From Armatimonadota bacterium (lineage in GTDB: Bacteria; Armatimonadota; UBA5829): DNA of 64,000 nucleotides. The stretch spans positions 7,168 to 71,167 of the forward strand of contig JBDKUO010000009.1 of NCBI GenBank assembly GCA_039679645.1, in the 5' to 3' direction. Below the pieces are notes generated by a model. The model was not told the DNA's origin, did no database searches, and worked only from the letters and a program-made list of their open reading frames with translations. Shown here one piece after another: positions 63,539 to 64,000 of this stretch. A program made the translations under genes and the position numbers. How positions within the stretch are numbered: position 1 is the stretch's first letter; every line of letters starts with the position of its first letter.

Positions 63539-64000
63539 CTAAAAGACAAAGTGCAGCCTGTTAAGCAAGCCTCTTGCCCAGCCTCTCGCCTGTACGCCTA
63601 TAGGCGCATGGCCCTGTATCGCCCTCATTTGCGACTGAAATGACTCTGTGCTTATACGTTTGTTCCAAAGCTGTATGCCGGAGCGCGATCGATAGACTTG
63701 AGCATTCCACTGCATTTCAGCACGCCAGTCTTTCACTTTGTATGGAACAACCCTCTTGGCAAGAATATCATGGCGCCGTCTCGACGCACTCCACAGCCTG
63801 TGAGCAAGTCTCACACTCTTGAACTCAATTACATCTCGTTGACTTTCTAAAACTCGCGTCAAGTCAATGCTGCTCAACGCCATGTGGCCTTCCGCAACTG
63901 CCTTCTCAACAGCAGTTTTTGCACGCTCAGACCGGATAATTGCAATGCTGGTGCCTCTGTAATCCTGCGCGAACTCAGGCAGCCATGCATCCATGAACGA
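63539..64000 (-). CDS. partial gene (5' end outside window), possibly FrhB/FdhB-C-terminal-like protein of polysaccharide loci
   Basis: The reading frame stays open to the window edge. The C-terminal part (DAWLPEF..DYRGTSIAIIRSERA) resembles F420-dehydrogenase-beta-like proteins that often accompany pyruvyl transferases. The assignment is weak. Confidence 0.35.
   Translation of the reverse strand, partial: SFMDAWLPEFAQDYRGTSIAIIRSERAKTAVEKAVAEGHMALSSIDLTRVLESQRDVIEFKSVRLAHRLWSASRRRHDILAKRVVPYKVKDWRAEMQWNAQVYRSRSGIQLWNKRISTESFQSQMRAIQGHAPIGVQARGWARGLLNRLHFVF

Noticed and set aside
1-64000. Search for phage-defence, toxin-antitoxin, mobile-element or secondary-metabolite hallmarks
   Set aside because: I saw no nuclease, helicase, reverse transcriptase, TIR, STAND ATPase, methylase-restriction pair, small TA pair, integrase, transposase, PKS/NRPS or RiPP precursor-like genes. 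None is claimed.

Overview
64-kb bacterial chromosomal window from a diderm-type organism; taxon not determinable from this sequence alone. I found no rRNA, CRISPR array, transposase, integrase or phage genes. All homology calls come from reading motifs by eye in the supplied translations and DNA; no database search was run.

The window has three parts.

(1) 1-19.3 kb: minus-strand housekeeping genes. These are rplT-rpmI-infC, a GH3 beta-glucosidase wedged between infC and thrS, galE, tRNA-Arg(CCG), a PAP2/haloperoxidase-like protein, a GH130-like protein, a 649-aa secreted hypothetical, hisH-hisF, aspS, hisS and a UPF0016/GDT1 cation exporter. The unusually long spacers between them are packed with a mosaic of at least eight short hairpin and microrepeat families.

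(2) 19.5-38.9 kb: a five-gene plus-strand operon. It holds four tandem paralogous TMTC/PMT-like GT-C membrane glycosyltransferase-TPR fusions followed by a DPM1-like GT2. This is my top candidate for an undescribed system, a periplasmic O-glycosylation module with four acceptor specificities. After it come an orphan ABC-ATPase fusion, a GNAT, a degenerate trypsin-like protein, a dienelactone hydrolase, a promoter-plus-terminator sRNA candidate, a DUF362-ferredoxin protein, a secreted 14-blade RCC1 protein and an EmrAB-type pump.

(3) 38.9-64 kb: an exopolysaccharide / PEP-CTERM-exosortase locus. It starts with a Wza-like exporter and a PEP-CTERM protein gene. A roughly 23-kb minus-strand gene string follows, encoding a GT-C-like protein, six GT4, three GT2, EpsI, exosortase, two methyltransferases, a 1020-aa GH-A/CBM/DUF11 protein, a Wzy-like protein, two acetyltransferases, a pyruvyl transferase and a partial FrhB-like gene. 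The repeat families of part 1 are absent from this locus.
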